DNA of 64,000 bases from Thermoanaerobaculia bacterium (GTDB lineage Bacteria > Acidobacteriota > Thermoanaerobaculia > Gp7-AA8): the NCBI GenBank assembly GCA_035995985.1, contig DASYJY010000089.1, forward strand, positions 4,477 to 68,476. The letters run 5' to 3'. Position numbers and translations under genes: made by a program. Numbering within the stretch: the first letter of the stretch is position 1; each line of letters begins with the position of its first letter. Below the pieces are notes generated by a model. It worked only from the letters and a program-made list of their open reading frames with translations. It searched no databases and was not told where the DNA came from. Of this stretch, positions 57,130-64,000 are shown piece by piece.

Positions 57130-58898
57130 TGGATTTTACCCAACCACCTTCTTCGCTGACGCCGTATCAGCGCCTTTTATTTTGGCTTCTCGCATTGTTT
57201 TGTGCGGGAACGCGGTTTCTTGCGATGGCGCGAACTCTCTGGGATTGGGATGAGGCGCTTTTGTGCCTCGGGATGCGTTCTTATGACGTAACCCTTCACC
57301 ATCCCCATCCGCCTGGCTTCCCCGTCTACATCGCTCTCGGCAGAATTGTGCAGACCGTCATTCCGAATGAGTTTCGCGCTCTTCAGGCGGTCAATCTCGC
57401 TGCGGGGATGCTCGTCTTTCCGGCGATCTTTTTGCTAGCGCGCGAATTACGGCTCCCGTTCGTCACTGCGACGATCGCCGGTGCGCTCTGCGCCTTTTTT
57501 CCGAATGTCTGGTTCTTCGGCGGTGGTGCGTTCAGCGACGTTCCATCCCTCGTGCTGGTCGTTTTCGCAGTGGCGTTTCTCTTCCGCGGATGCCGCGATG
57601 CGAACGCGTATCTGATCGGGGCGGCGCTGCTGGCGCTTGCGGCCGGAATTCGTCCGCAGAACTTTCTGGTAGGGCTCGCGCCCGGCCTGCTGGCGACCAC
57701 GTATCGCGCTCGCGCCGCTTGGCGGGACGTCGTCTTTGCCGCGCTGGTCGGCACGACCATTGTCGTGGTCGCGTTCGGAGGCGCGATCGCGGCGACCGGC
57801 GGACCAAAGCCGTACTTCGCCTCGGCCAAAGAGCACGGCCAGTACATCACCCGCGTCGACTCCTTCCGCAGCCCTTCCCGCCCGCCGTTGTGGCGCCTCT
57901 TCGATCGTTTCTTCATCAAGCAATACCAGTCGATCGCCCTCGGCTTCATCACCTCGATCCCGGTTTTCGTTTCCATCGGCGGCGCCATCGCCTCGCGTGA
58001 CCGCGCCATCGGGTGGCTCGCGCTCAGCTTCGGGCCGTTTGCGGTTTTCGCCTGGATGATGCTCGACCGCTACAGCATCAACCGCTTCTCCCTCGGATAC
58101 TGCCCGCTGTTCGCGATCCTGGCCGCCGACGGCATCCGCCGGCTCACGCGCGCCTGGCCGCGAGTCGAGGCATTCGCCGGCGCAACCCTCATCGCATCGT
58201 TCTTCGTCTGGACGCTGCCCGCTCTGGCCGTGGTCCGCAACACCAAGCCTCCCTCGGTGCTCGCCGTCGAAGCCGTGGCGCAGCACCTCGATCGCCGCAC
58301 CGACGAGCTGTTCGTCGCGGGCGACATCGACCCCTTCCTCCTGTATCTCTTGCCGCGCTATCCGTACGTGCACGTGCTCGACAAGCGCGCCATGCCGCTG
58401 TCGATCGGCAGCCGCAGGCCGTGGGTGCTCGCCGAGGCCGGGGCGAAGGATCGAGGAGCCTTGGTGTTTCATCGCGAGCGCGGACACCTCTGGAACATCG
58501 CCCGGCGCCATTACTTTGACGCGGAGGTCATCCCGGTGCCGACTCCTCCGCAATTTCTCGCCGGCTGGTATCCGGCTGTGCGCGAGACGCCGTTCGAAAT
58601 GCGAGCGATGACCGGTCACTCCGTGACGCGGCTCCCTCAGTCGCGCGGCGAGACGATCCTGCGGATTCAATTTCGCGTGCCCGACGCGTTGGTCGCGGCG
58701 CACGCCACGATTACCATCGCGCTGAACGGCCGCGTCATCGATCGTTTCGCAGCCGTTGATGAGGATGATCGCGACTACCAAGTCACGCCCGCCGCGAACG
58801 CGAAGGCCAATGTGCTGGAAATGTCGATCGATCGAACGATTCACGAACCGCGCGAGTTGGGGATGACGATTCGCGGCCTGTCGTTTGGACCGGGTTGA
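57126..58898 (+). CDS. GT-C fold polytopic membrane glycosyltransferase-like protein (PMT/ArnT/DUF2723-like)
   Basis: 590-aa ORF whose start overlaps the methyltransferase stop (GTGATG). More than 10 TM helices. The first loop carries the acidic WDWDE motif followed by HHPHPPGFPVY, which resembles the HPPG(Y/F)P motif I recall in DUF2723/TMEM260-type mannosyltransferases. Soluble C-terminal domain. Confidence 0.6.
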   Translation: MMDFTQPPSSLTPYQRLLFWLLALFCAGTRFLAMARTLWDWDEALLCLGMRSYDVTLHHPHPPGFPVYIALGRIVQTVIPNEFRALQAVNLAAGMLVFPAIFLLARELRLPFVTATIAGALCAFFPNVWFFGGGAFSDVPSLVLVVFAVAFLFRGCRDANAYLIGAALLALAAGIRPQNFLVGLAPGLLATTYRARAAWRDVVFAALVGTTIVVVAFGGAIAATGGPKPYFASAKEHGQYITRVDSFRSPSRPPLWRLFDRFFIKQYQSIALGFITSIPVFVSIGGAIASRDRAIGWLALSFGPFAVFAWMMLDRYSINRFSLGYCPLFAILAADGIRRLTRAWPRVEAFAGATLIASFFVWTLPALAVVRNTKPPSVLAVEAVAQHLDRRTDELFVAGDIDPFLLYLLPRYPYVHVLDKRAMPLSIGSRRPWVLAEAGAKDRGALVFHRERGHLWNIARRHYFDAEVIPVPTPPQFLAGWYPAVRETPFEMRAMTGHSVTRLPQSRGETILRIQFRVPDALVAAHATITIALNGRVIDRFAAVDEDDRDYQVTPAANAKANVLEMSIDRTIHEPRELGMTIRGLSFGPG

Positions 58899-58899
58899 T

Positions 58900-59286
58900 A
58901 TGACTGATCAAGACGTCTTCCTCCGAATCATTGTCGAGAATCCACCGGTTCGCTTTGCCGTGCAACGCGGAAAGGACGAATTGCTCGAAGCAACTTCGGC
59001 GAGTGCGAAGCAACAGGTCTTTGAGTTTCCGTCCGCGCCCGCGACGACGGGTGGCGCTCCGAATTTTCTCGGCCCGTTCGCGCAAGGTCCCGTTGGCGGC
59101 CGGTTCGTTTACGTGAACTCCGAGGGCCGCCGCGCGAAGGTTCCCCTGGGCGGCATCACGTGGAGTGTCATCAGAGACGCTGCGGGTTCCGTGATCGAGG
59201 CGCGCATCTCCGGAACGGCGCGCGACGGAGGACCCGCCTGCGCGACCGTGCCGTTGCTCGGCGGAGGCTGGAAACTCGCTCAGTAG
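58900..59286 (+). CDS. Hypothetical protein
   Basis: 128 aa from an ATG 1 nt after the upstream stop (the ORF track starts at a TTG at 58885). No secure motif; there is a weak resemblance to small DUF families. Confidence 0.45.
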   Translation: MTDQDVFLRIIVENPPVRFAVQRGKDELLEATSASAKQQVFEFPSAPATTGGAPNFLGPFAQGPVGGRFVYVNSEGRRAKVPLGGITWSVIRDAAGSVIEARISGTARDGGPACATVPLLGGGWKLAQ

Positions 59287-59492
59287 CGCCAGTAACCGTC
59301 CACCCACACGCGGCGGAATTGGCGGCGCTCCCAGTGCGGCGCGATCCAGACGGCACCCGCGCGTGGTGCCGCAACCCAGCGGCCTTCGACGAGCACGAGA
59401 CCCGGCCGCGGCGGACGGGCGACGACAGTGGTGGTGCACGCGGCGGTCATCAGGCTGGCCGCGATGATCGATGCTGAGACGAGTCGTTTCAT
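59280..59492 (-). CDS. Small lipoprotein with W-x-x-G-x-W-like repeats
   Basis: 70-aa ORF with lipobox TAAC. Its C-terminal part is EGRWVAAP..., VWIAPHWE and VWVDGYWRY. Confidence 0.5.
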   Translation of the reverse strand: MKRLVSASIIAASLMTAACTTTVVARPPRPGLVLVEGRWVAAPRAGAVWIAPHWERRQFRRVWVDGYWRY

Positions 59493-59552
59493 GGCGTGTA
59501 GCTCCTTCTCCGATCAGACGAAGAAGTCCGTCAACTTGTTGACGATCGGCGA

Positions 59553-59587
59553 GCAAATAAAAACGCGCCTGCTCGCACCGGCGCGTT
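59553..59587 (-). terminator. Rho-independent terminator candidate downstream of the DUF4142 gene
   Basis: On the minus strand, stem AACGCGCC/GGCGCGTT (59562-59569 / 59580-59587) has a 10-nt loop and is followed by TTTTATTTG. It lies about 30 nt after the stop at 59615. Confidence 0.55.
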
Positions 59588-59614
59588 CGTAAACATCGGT
59601 CGAAAACGAAACGT

Positions 59615-60280
59615 CTACTTCACTTTCGCCTTTGTTTCTTTCGCCATTTTCAGATGATCCTGAAGTGTCGGCAGGGTTTTCGCGGCCCATGCTTTCAGGT
59701 CGGGGTCCTTGGCGTCCTTCGACGCCTTCTCGAACTCCTTCACATCCTTCTCGTGGTCATCGACCATGCCGCTGATGTACTGCTTGTCGAAATCCTTGCC
59801 GCTCGCGGCGTTGAGCTTGTCGGACATCTTCTTGCTTTCGTCGTCGACGTCGGCGGGAAGGGCCATCCCTTTGTTCTGTGCGAGCTGCTTCAGCTCATCG
59901 TTTGCTTTGCCGTGGTCGCTGACCATGCGGTTGCCGAAGTTCTTCACGTCCGGGCTGGTGCCCTTCGTCGACGCCATCTGCCCGAGCATCACTTCGGCCA
60001 TGCCGCCCTGCGCCGCCTTCATGACGAAGTCCTTGTCGGCGGGATCGAGCGAGCTGACCGTGCCGCCGCTGGAACCGGTGCTGGTCGTGCTCGTCGTGCC
60101 CGATGTCTCGGTCCCGCTGGTGTCGACCGTCGATGTCGTGGCCGACGTATCAGTGGCGCTGGTAGTCGTCGTCGAGGTGTCCGTATTGTTGGTGTCGTTT
60201 TCGTGATGGCAGGCAAAGGCCATCATCGCCACGGCGCAGACGAGCGCCAGGATCCACGGGTGTTTTTTCATTTTCCTCAT
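59615..60280 (-). CDS. DUF4142-domain lipoprotein with a Thr/Ser-rich linker
   Basis: Start taken at MRKMKKH inside ORF 59615..60331 and lipobox AFAC. A ~45-aa T/S/G linker is followed by the four-helix DUF4142 pattern (DKDFVMKAAQGGMAEV, MVSDHGKANDEL, FDKQYISGMVDDHEKDV). Coordinates are frame-consistent with the ORF track. Confidence 0.78.
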   Translation of the reverse strand: MRKMKKHPWILALVCAVAMMAFACHHENDTNNTDTSTTTTSATDTSATTSTVDTSGTETSGTTSTTSTGSSGGTVSSLDPADKDFVMKAAQGGMAEVMLGQMASTKGTSPDVKNFGNRMVSDHGKANDELKQLAQNKGMALPADVDDESKKMSDKLNAASGKDFDKQYISGMVDDHEKDVKEFEKASKDAKDPDLKAWAAKTLPTLQDHLKMAKETKAKVK

Positions 60281-60343
60281 TTTTCTAATCGCTCCTTTCG
60301 TGTCACGGTACCGCTCGGCTGATGTGCACAAAGTGCTCCAGCG

Positions 60344-61306
60344 TCAGTGGACCGAGGCCGGCTTCTTCTTGGGAGCCTTGCGCGCGACCACGGTTTTCTT
60401 CTTCTTCGCCACAGGCGGGTACTGCTTCGCGGCGACGGCGTTGACGTAGCGCACGAACTTCGCGAAGAGCTGCTCGCTGCGGTCGACGGGAGCGGCGGCG
60501 CGGGAGAGCTCATCCACGTAGCTGCCGGAACTGAGTTGCAGCTGCGAATCGCGCGTCAGCATGGCCGTCATCATGTCGGAGACCGCGAACTCCGTCGGAG
60601 GGGTGATGCCGAGGGATTTGGCGGAATCGGTGATGGCCCGGCGGGCGGAAGGGGAGAGCTCGGCAATCTTGCCGGCCAGCGTCGTCTCGATGTGGCTCGA
60701 CTCCGGCGTGATGATCATGACCGCGCTGCGCGAGGCCACGAAATCCGGCGACGCGTTGACGATCCCTTTCGTCGCCGGGAGAAAAAGCTTGTCGCCATTG
60801 TTCGGATCGAGCTGGTTGTAAATCGCAGGACGCAGCAGCCGTCCCGAATTGCAGGCGCTGATGATCACGTAGTAAATCCCTTCCGGTTCCAGCCGCTGCT
60901 GCAGCGCGCCTGCGGAAATGTAGGAGCGGCTCGCGTCGGGGTCGTAACTCGTCTGCAGCTTCAGGCCATTGCCGTTCGTGCCATGCGTTTCGAGGATCAG
61001 CGTGAAGATGCGCCGCTCCGGATACAGCACGTTGTGGCGGTGAACGTCGTCGAGGACCTTCTCCCAGTCGGCATCCTGAAAACAGGCGAAGCCGAGCGAC
61101 TCGTAGAAACGGCAGTTGCCGGCAACGGAGAGGTCGGGACTGAAGACGACGCCGACGCCGCGTCCGATCTCACTCACGCGGCGCGACGCGACGTCGGGCC
61201 AGGCGCGATCGAGAAGCGCGAGACTGCTGTTGCCGGCCGCGGCGGAAAGGGGGGCCGCGAAAAGAAAAACGAGTGTGGCGAGGAAGGGGACGTGGCGTGA
61301 GGTCAT
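60344..61306 (-). CDS. Secreted hypothetical protein with a caspase/CHAT-like His...Cys strand pattern and a Lys-rich tail
   Basis: 320-aa ORF with a signal peptide (ATLVFLFAAPLSAAA). RIFTLILETHG and IYYVIISACNSG are hydrophobic strands ending in HG and in C-x-S-G. The C-terminus is KKKKTVVARKAPKKKPASVH. Confidence 0.6.
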   Translation of the reverse strand: MTSRHVPFLATLVFLFAAPLSAAAGNSSLALLDRAWPDVASRRVSEIGRGVGVVFSPDLSVAGNCRFYESLGFACFQDADWEKVLDDVHRHNVLYPERRIFTLILETHGTNGNGLKLQTSYDPDASRSYISAGALQQRLEPEGIYYVIISACNSGRLLRPAIYNQLDPNNGDKLFLPATKGIVNASPDFVASRSAVMIITPESSHIETTLAGKIAELSPSARRAITDSAKSLGITPPTEFAVSDMMTAMLTRDSQLQLSSGSYVDELSRAAAPVDRSEQLFAKFVRYVNAVAAKQYPPVAKKKKTVVARKAPKKKPASVH

Positions 61307-61350
61307 GAGGATGGCGGAGCGCTCCGGTCGAAACGCTCCGCCGGAAACGC

Positions 61351-62361
61351 TTACTCCTTGTGCATCGCGCGATGGCGATGATGACGTCCGCTGCCGGTGC
61401 TGGTGCCGCTGTCGCTGGTCGTTGATCCGGACGAACTGGACATCGACCCGCTTGTCGATCCGGTCGTATCCGTGCCGCTCATGCCGCTCATCGAGCCGGA
61501 GGTTCCGGTGCCGCTCGTCGAGCCGCTCGTGTTGCCGGTTCCGCTGCTGTTGAAGTTCGAGCTGCCCGTGGACCCGCTGCCGGTGCCGGTCGACCGAGTT
61601 CCGGTCCGACTCGTCGTCGTGCCGCTAGTCGTGCCGGAGCCGCTGGTCTGGCCGTTGGTCATCGAGCCGCTGGTGTTGTTCGTGTTTCCTGTCGTGCCGC
61701 TGGTCTGACCATACGAGCTGCTGCTGCTCATGCCGTTGTTGGTGCCGTTGTTCGTGATGCCGCTGGTGGTGCCGATGTTCGCCGACGTGTCAGTCGTCGC
61801 GGCTGAATTGATGTCGGTCGCCGTCGTGCTGTTGCCAGCCGTCGTGCCGTAGTTCGTGGTCGGGTTCGTCGTGTTGTTCGCGGTCGTGCCGCTGCTCTGC
61901 ACGCCCGTGTTCATCGCACCGTTGTTGTTGCTCGTGCTCGAGGTCGTGCCAGTGCCGGAGAAGTTGTTTCCGTACGATCTGCTGTTGCCCGAGCTCGTGC
62001 CGGTCGTGCCGCTGTTGTTCGTCCCGTACGTTGCGGTCGTTCCGGTCGTAGCGGCCGTGCCGCCGTAGTTGGTCGAGCCGCTGGTGGTTCCGGAGGAGTT
62101 CATGTCGCCCATCGAACCGGAGCTCGAGCTCGACATGCTCGAGCCGTTGCCAGACGTGCTGCCGTTGTTGCTGGTGCCGCTGGTGGTCCCGCTCGTCGTG
62201 CCACCGCTCGTGCCGCTGCTGATTCCGCTTGACATCGTGCTGCTGGTGCCGTTGTCCGTGCCCGTGCCGTTGGTGCTGCCGGTCGTACTGCAACCGAATA
62301 ACGCCAGGCTCAGAGTGAGTACGGCGATGAGAGTGAGAACTGCGCTATGCGTTCGTTTCAT
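61351..62361 (-). CDS. Extremely Ser/Thr/Gly/Asn-rich lipoprotein
   Basis: Start taken at MKRTHSAV (62361), preceded by a CAGGAGG RBS. Lipobox LFGC. About 300 aa consist almost only of S, T, G and N, with scattered M/Y/A. The C-terminus is GSGRHHRHRAMHKE. Confidence 0.6.
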   Translation of the reverse strand: MKRTHSAVLTLIAVLTLSLALFGCSTTGSTNGTGTDNGTSSTMSSGISSGTSGGTTSGTTSGTSNNGSTSGNGSSMSSSSSGSMGDMNSSGTTSGSTNYGGTAATTGTTATYGTNNSGTTGTSSGNSRSYGNNFSGTGTTSSTSNNNGAMNTGVQSSGTTANNTTNPTTNYGTTAGNSTTATDINSAATTDTSANIGTTSGITNNGTNNGMSSSSSYGQTSGTTGNTNNTSGSMTNGQTSGSGTTSGTTTSRTGTRSTGTGSGSTGSSNFNSSGTGNTSGSTSGTGTSGSMSGMSGTDTTGSTSGSMSSSSGSTTSDSGTSTGSGRHHRHRAMHKE

Positions 62362-62469
62362 CGTTTTGGTCCTCCTGAGATTTCTCCTCTGTTTTTCGCG
62401 GAGCGGTTCCGCTTCGCTCGGGGTGACGTACTTCAAAACTCAGACCCATTTTTGCGCGCGATGAAAACC

Positions 62470-62763
62470 TCAATGCGTGCCGGTCGAGCCTGTCGTTGCC
62501 GAGGTTGACGTCGTTCCGGTTGGCGTCGTGCCGGTGGTGGATGTCCCGTTCGTCGACGTTCCGCCGCTGCCATCAGCGTTGCCGCTGGACGTCGTGGCGC
62601 TGTTCGTGACCGGAGCGCCTGCGCCGGTTTCCGTCGCGGTGGTGCCGGTCGGTGCCGGCTGGAGCGTGTCGGTCGAGCCGGTCGTGGTTTCCGCCGGCTT
62701 GCGGTTGCAAGCGGTGCAAAGAAGAAGAATGGCGATGACGCTGATGACTCCTCGGGTGCGCAT
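62470..62763 (-). CDS. Small Thr/Ser/Gly-rich lipoprotein
   Basis: 97-aa ORF with lipobox CTAC. The mature part is dominated by T, S, G and A and ends in TGSTGTH. Confidence 0.5.
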   Translation of the reverse strand: MRTRGVISVIAILLLCTACNRKPAETTTGSTDTLQPAPTGTTATETGAGAPVTNSATTSSGNADGSGGTSTNGTSTTGTTPTGTTSTSATTGSTGTH

Positions 62764-62846
62764 AGATGATCCTCCGCGCGCGTGCCGAGCAATCGTCGCG
62801 CCTGGTTGGCGCGCGACGTGAACGCCGTCTCCGGCGGAGGTGCAGT

Positions 62847-63266
62847 ATGGCTGAGGTTATCGGACGCTTTTCCGCCCACACATTCGCGCTCTTGCGCATC
62901 GTCGCAGGTCTTATGTTCGCGATGCATGGAACGCAAAAACTTCTTGGATGGCCTGCAATGCCGCCGGGAATGAGCGGTCCGTTGCCGCCACTGATGAAAG
63001 TGGCAGGCGGCATTGAACTGGTGTGCGGTCTGCTGATCGCCATCGGCCTCTTCACCGGCATCACCGCGTTCATCGCCAGCGGTGAGATGGCGGTCGCGTA
63101 CTTTATGGGTCATGCGTCGCACGGCGGCTTCTGGCCGCTCGAAAACAAAGGCGAGCTGGCGGTGCTCTATTGCTTCGGATTTCTCTTCATTGCCGCGCAC
63201 GGAGCGGGGATCTGGAGCATCGACAACGCCATGCGGCGGCGGACTCCGGTGGTCACGACCGCGTGA
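62847..63266 (+). CDS. DoxX-family membrane protein
   Basis: In-frame ATG at 62847 (139 aa). Four TM helices with FALLRIVAGLMFAMHGTQKL typical of DoxX. Confidence 0.85.
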   Translation: MAEVIGRFSAHTFALLRIVAGLMFAMHGTQKLLGWPAMPPGMSGPLPPLMKVAGGIELVCGLLIAIGLFTGITAFIASGEMAVAYFMGHASHGGFWPLENKGELAVLYCFGFLFIAAHGAGIWSIDNAMRRRTPVVTTA

Positions 63267-63849
63267 GTTGTCGCAGCGCGGCCTTGAGCAGCGCGGAGAG
63301 TTCGGCCTCGTTGCCGAGCTCTTTGCGCGCGATGTCGAGCGCTGACTCGGCGTCCTTCGGGCGGTAGCCGAGGTTGATGAGCGCGGAGTGGACATCGTCG
63401 TCGACCGAGGTGCGCGTCGACGGCGCCGGCTGCTCCCGCGCCGACTCCGGAATGAGCAGCTTGTCGCGCAATTCGAGGACGATGCGGTCCGCCGTCTTTT
63501 TCCCGACGCCCGGGATCGACGACAACTTCTTCACGTCTCCGCGCGCCACGGCCTGGGCGAGATCGGGCGCATCGATTCCCGAAAGGATCTTCTGCGCCAG
63601 CGTCGGCCCGATCCCGGAGATCGAGATCAACTTCTCGAACGCGAATTTCTCCTCGCCCGAGGCGAAGCCGTAAAGCGAGAGCGCATCCTCGCGTACGTGC
63701 GTGTAAATCGTGAGCGCGACGTCGCGCTGCCCTTCGAGCTTGTAGTACGTCTGCAGCGAGATGTGTACCTCGTAACCCACGCCGCCCGCGATGACGAGCG
63801 CGCGCGTGGCGTCGAGTTGTTTGAGGGCGCCTTCGAGGTAGCCGATCAT
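63253..63849 (-). CDS. ruvA: Holliday junction branch-migration complex subunit RuvA
   Basis: 198-aa ORF with an N-terminal OB fold (MIGYLEGAL...GGVGYEV), helix-hairpin-helix motifs (ISGIGPTLAQKIL, IPGVGKKTADRIVLEL) and C-terminal domain III. Confidence 0.93.
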   Translation of the reverse strand: MIGYLEGALKQLDATRALVIAGGVGYEVHISLQTYYKLEGQRDVALTIYTHVREDALSLYGFASGEEKFAFEKLISISGIGPTLAQKILSGIDAPDLAQAVARGDVKKLSSIPGVGKKTADRIVLELRDKLLIPESAREQPAPSTRTSVDDDVHSALINLGYRPKDAESALDIARKELGNEAELSALLKAALRQLTRS

Positions 63850-63882
63850 GTTTTTCCGAGTCTACCCTGCGGGTTTCCTAAA

Positions 63883-63990
63883 TCCATCCTGCGCGAAGAC
63901 GCAGGATCTCCGGTGGCGCCCCGCTGGTTGGCATTTCAATCAACATCTGCGCGGTATTACGAGAGATCCTGCGTCTACGCGCAGGATGGA
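63883..63990. repeat. 28-bp terminal inverted repeat element (each arm itself a hairpin) upstream of ruvA
   Basis: TCCATCCTGCGCGAAGACGCAGGATCTC (63883-63910) pairs with GAGATCCTGCGTCTACGCGCAGGATGGA (63963-63990) with one mismatch. Within each arm ATCCTGCG pairs with CGCAGGAT. Confidence 0.75.
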
Positions 63991-64000
63991 GTCGTCAGGC

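Noticed and set aside
61313-61342. Hairpin GGCGGAGCG/CGCTCCGCC downstream of the S/T/G/N-rich lipoprotein gene as an intrinsic terminator
   Set aside because: The 9-bp stem is real, but no U-tract follows on the transcribed (minus) strand. It may be just another GC-rich hairpin.
61397-62464. Plus-strand ORFs encoding Pro/Leu/Val-rich repeats (103, 70 and 131 aa)
   Set aside because: They are antisense images of the S/T/G-rich lipoprotein gene. The minus-strand frame has an RBS, a signal peptide and a lipobox, and the plus-strand frames have none.

Overview
GC-rich bacterial chromosomal window. Gene content and several families of short GC-rich palindromic repeats suggest an Acidobacteriota-like soil bacterium, but that is inference only. 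I support about 64 protein-coding genes and found no rRNA, tRNA, CRISPR array, transposase or integrase.

Gene blocks, left to right:
- A PHP phosphoesterase, divergent from a tightly overlapping lon-PASTA-rpe-bamD-cpoB string, followed by a cNMP-binding protein and def.
- A 9.6-kb minus-strand string (17677 to 8057). It carries a lanthanide-type PQQ alcohol dehydrogenase (xoxF-like), xoxJ and a cytochrome c, then a complete caa3 cytochrome oxidase (II, I, III, small subunit, CtaG), then another cytochrome c and a YVTN beta-propeller.
- Assorted housekeeping and accessory genes: AlkB-like oxygenase, FNT channel, CheY-like receiver, ZIP transporter, YfhO-like membrane protein, S9 and M20 peptidases, a diheme cytochrome c, der, and an aldolase/SDR fusion.
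- Two small secreted proteins, then a HEAT-repeat::PilT fusion and a canonical pilT.
- A cNMP/DUF1003 protein, OYE reductase, ALDH, YeiH and dienelactone hydrolase.
- Two ECF sigma/anti-sigma pairs. One lies next to a small secreted amphipathic peptide and a NatAB-like ABC exporter.
- fadD-like and fadB/J-like beta-oxidation genes.
- A methyltransferase coupled to a GT-C membrane glycosyltransferase, followed by an island of Ser/Thr/Gly/Asn-rich lipoproteins, then DoxX and ruvA.

Most worth a second look:
- The PQQ-dehydrogenase/caa3-oxidase gene string.
- The HEAT::PilT fusion with a degenerate His box next to a canonical PilT.
- The sigma/anti-sigma/peptide/ABC module.
- The glycosyltransferase plus mucin-like lipoprotein island, including a secreted protein with a caspase/CHAT-like His...Cys pattern.
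- At least five families of REP/MITE-like hairpin repeats. Some overlap start codons, a signal peptide or C-terminal tails of genes.

All calls rest on motif recognition by eye; no database search was run.
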